This document shows positions 8,990 to 10,413 of a DNA stretch of 10,413 bases, piece by piece (positions within the stretch are counted from its first letter, which is position 1; every line of letters starts with the position of its first letter). The translations under genes were made by a program, and so were the position numbers. This stretch comes from Tubiluchus corallicola (lineage: Eukaryota; Animalia; Priapulida): the NCBI GenBank assembly GCA_030141605.1, contig JAQGDQ010002188.1, positions 1 to 10,413 on the forward strand, written 5' to 3'. Below the pieces are notes generated by a model. It ran no database searches. It saw nothing but the letters and a program-made list of their open reading frames with translations, and was not told where the DNA came from.

Positions 8990-9010
8990 ACTATTAAGTG
9001 GAAGGGTTAA
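8990..9010 (+). mobile_element. Probable right terminus (TIR end plus TTAA target site) of the piggyBac element
   Basis: ctattaagtggaaggg|ttaa lies ~370 bp downstream of the transposase end. piggyBac elements characteristically end GGG|TTAA (reverse complement TTAA|CCCTT). Confidence 0.65.
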
Positions 9011-9982
9011 AAATCTGTTGAGTAGTTCTCAGCTGCAGAATTATATTTATTTTGTAATAATCATATACAGTTAATTTCTGCAAATGCTTCCTGGAAAGAA
9101 GAATAATTACATTAAGATGTACGAATTTCACTAGAAGAAAGAACAAAAACGTAAAAAGGGAATAAACTGAGCTAAAAGAACTTCATTAGAAAATTCCTCA
9201 AGAAATTTTTGCGAACATTTCTGATAGAAATTTCTAGTGCGTGCAAACTTTGCGCGGAGCTGAACAACAGCTGCAATTAATGTCATGCAATCTAACATTC
9301 ATAGGCTTGACTCAAGGCTAGACTTTTCATGCAAAACATTTACTGTGCAATCGTGCTATGATGATTGTCAATTGTATTCGTTATTACAAAGTCTTTAGAG
9401 AAGTAAAATTAATGATTTTGAGTACAAATGTGTGATTTCGTTCAAAATGTAAACATTTTGGTTTATGTGCGAATTAATCTGTTGTATGTGTTGTGATTAT
9501 CCGCACCTTATGGCACGCAAGTTTTCGTTTTCAAACCATCTAGTCCACTTTTTTTCTTACATGATAACAAAAAATTATGGTTATTTATATAAAGTTTGTG
9601 GATATTGTACTAACTATTTCTAATTTTTGTGTCATTAATCAATAAATTCTTATTGGTTTTGTTTACTATAAAACCAAGTGCATTAGCGGTTTGTGTGGGA
9701 TTTAACTTGTTACTATAATTTTTAATATTTTTACTAAAATGTCTGAAATATTTTCATTTTTATTAAACTGATGATAAAGACAACATGCTCAAAAGATTTG
9801 CTCTGACCAAATTTGAAATATGCTAAATAATTTGTGTTGTTTTGCTGCTGTCTGTGAAAATTTCCTAATCGATTTAGTTTTTTATTAAAACTGAATTAAT
9901 TGTGTTATACATATGCTGAGTGTTAAGTGGGTTAAAGCTTATTAAGTGTTTTCCGGATTGCTGTTGATGCTGTTCAATCAAC

Positions 9983-10210
9983 CACTTCACTAATCTGTCA
10001 TTTAGCCAGTCTATCCTTTCGTCAGTCTAACATTTTGCCAATCTATCTTTTCGCCAGGGGCAGAGTACGTTTTCGCCAGTGCGTCATGTCACCTGTGTGT
10101 CTTTTAGCCAGTTGTAGCTGGAAATAGTACAGCAAGTATTTAAATAAGAGTAAACTTCGCCAGACGTCATTTCGCCAGTGTGTCAATTTGCCAGTTTATT
10201 TAGAAATAGT
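9983..10210 (+). repeat. Degenerate 16-bp tandem repeat in three clusters (approx. CATTTCGCCAGTNTRT)
   Basis: cacttcactaatctgt / catttagccagtctat / cctttcgtcagtctaa / cattttgccaatctat / cttttcgccag start at 9983, 9999, 10015, 10031 and 10047. Further ttt(c/a)gccag units occur at ~10070-10112 and ~10155-10197. Confidence 0.75.
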
Positions 10211-10413
10211 GGTAGAAATACCTCCGTCTTGATAGGTGGCACTTCAGTCTTGAATAACTGCGGTGATCGGTTTTCCAAATCATTTATTTTTCATTCAAAA
10301 TTTAATTCTAAGAGTGCGCACCAAGTGCATGTGTGTTGTTTTTTCTTATTTTTACAGCAATTCAATTCATTTCTAAGTTTATCTCAACCTGGTTCTTCCA
10401 AGACAAAGATAGC

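Overview
AT-rich, repeat-dense DNA that reads as eukaryotic (probably invertebrate) intergenic sequence. I see no intact host gene, RNA gene or CRISPR array. From left to right: (1) a decayed BEL/Pao LTR-retrotransposon pol fragment (1-~985; protease to start of RT, with frameshifts, stops and a 108-bp tandem duplication); (2) a ~3.2-kb foldback-like structure (~2293-5545) whose long inverted arms each carry a trinucleotide microsatellite, a ~300-bp unique block and tandem ~190-220-bp units, with what looks like an older, truncated second copy at ~988-2075; (3) a 29-bp satellite (~5850-7035) with a 290-bp (10-monomer) higher-order duplication; (4) a dead piggyBac transposase (~7440-8633) in which the first CxxC of the C-terminal cysteine-rich domain has been amplified into a 5 x 68-bp minisatellite, followed by a GGG|TTAA terminus at 9004-9010; (5) a degenerate 16-bp repeat cluster near 10 kb. 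Nearly all ORFs in the supplied track are by-products of repeats. Family calls come from manual translation and motif recognition, not database searches. I found no evidence of a new functional system. The best leads concern transposon architecture and how tandem repeats arise from transposons.
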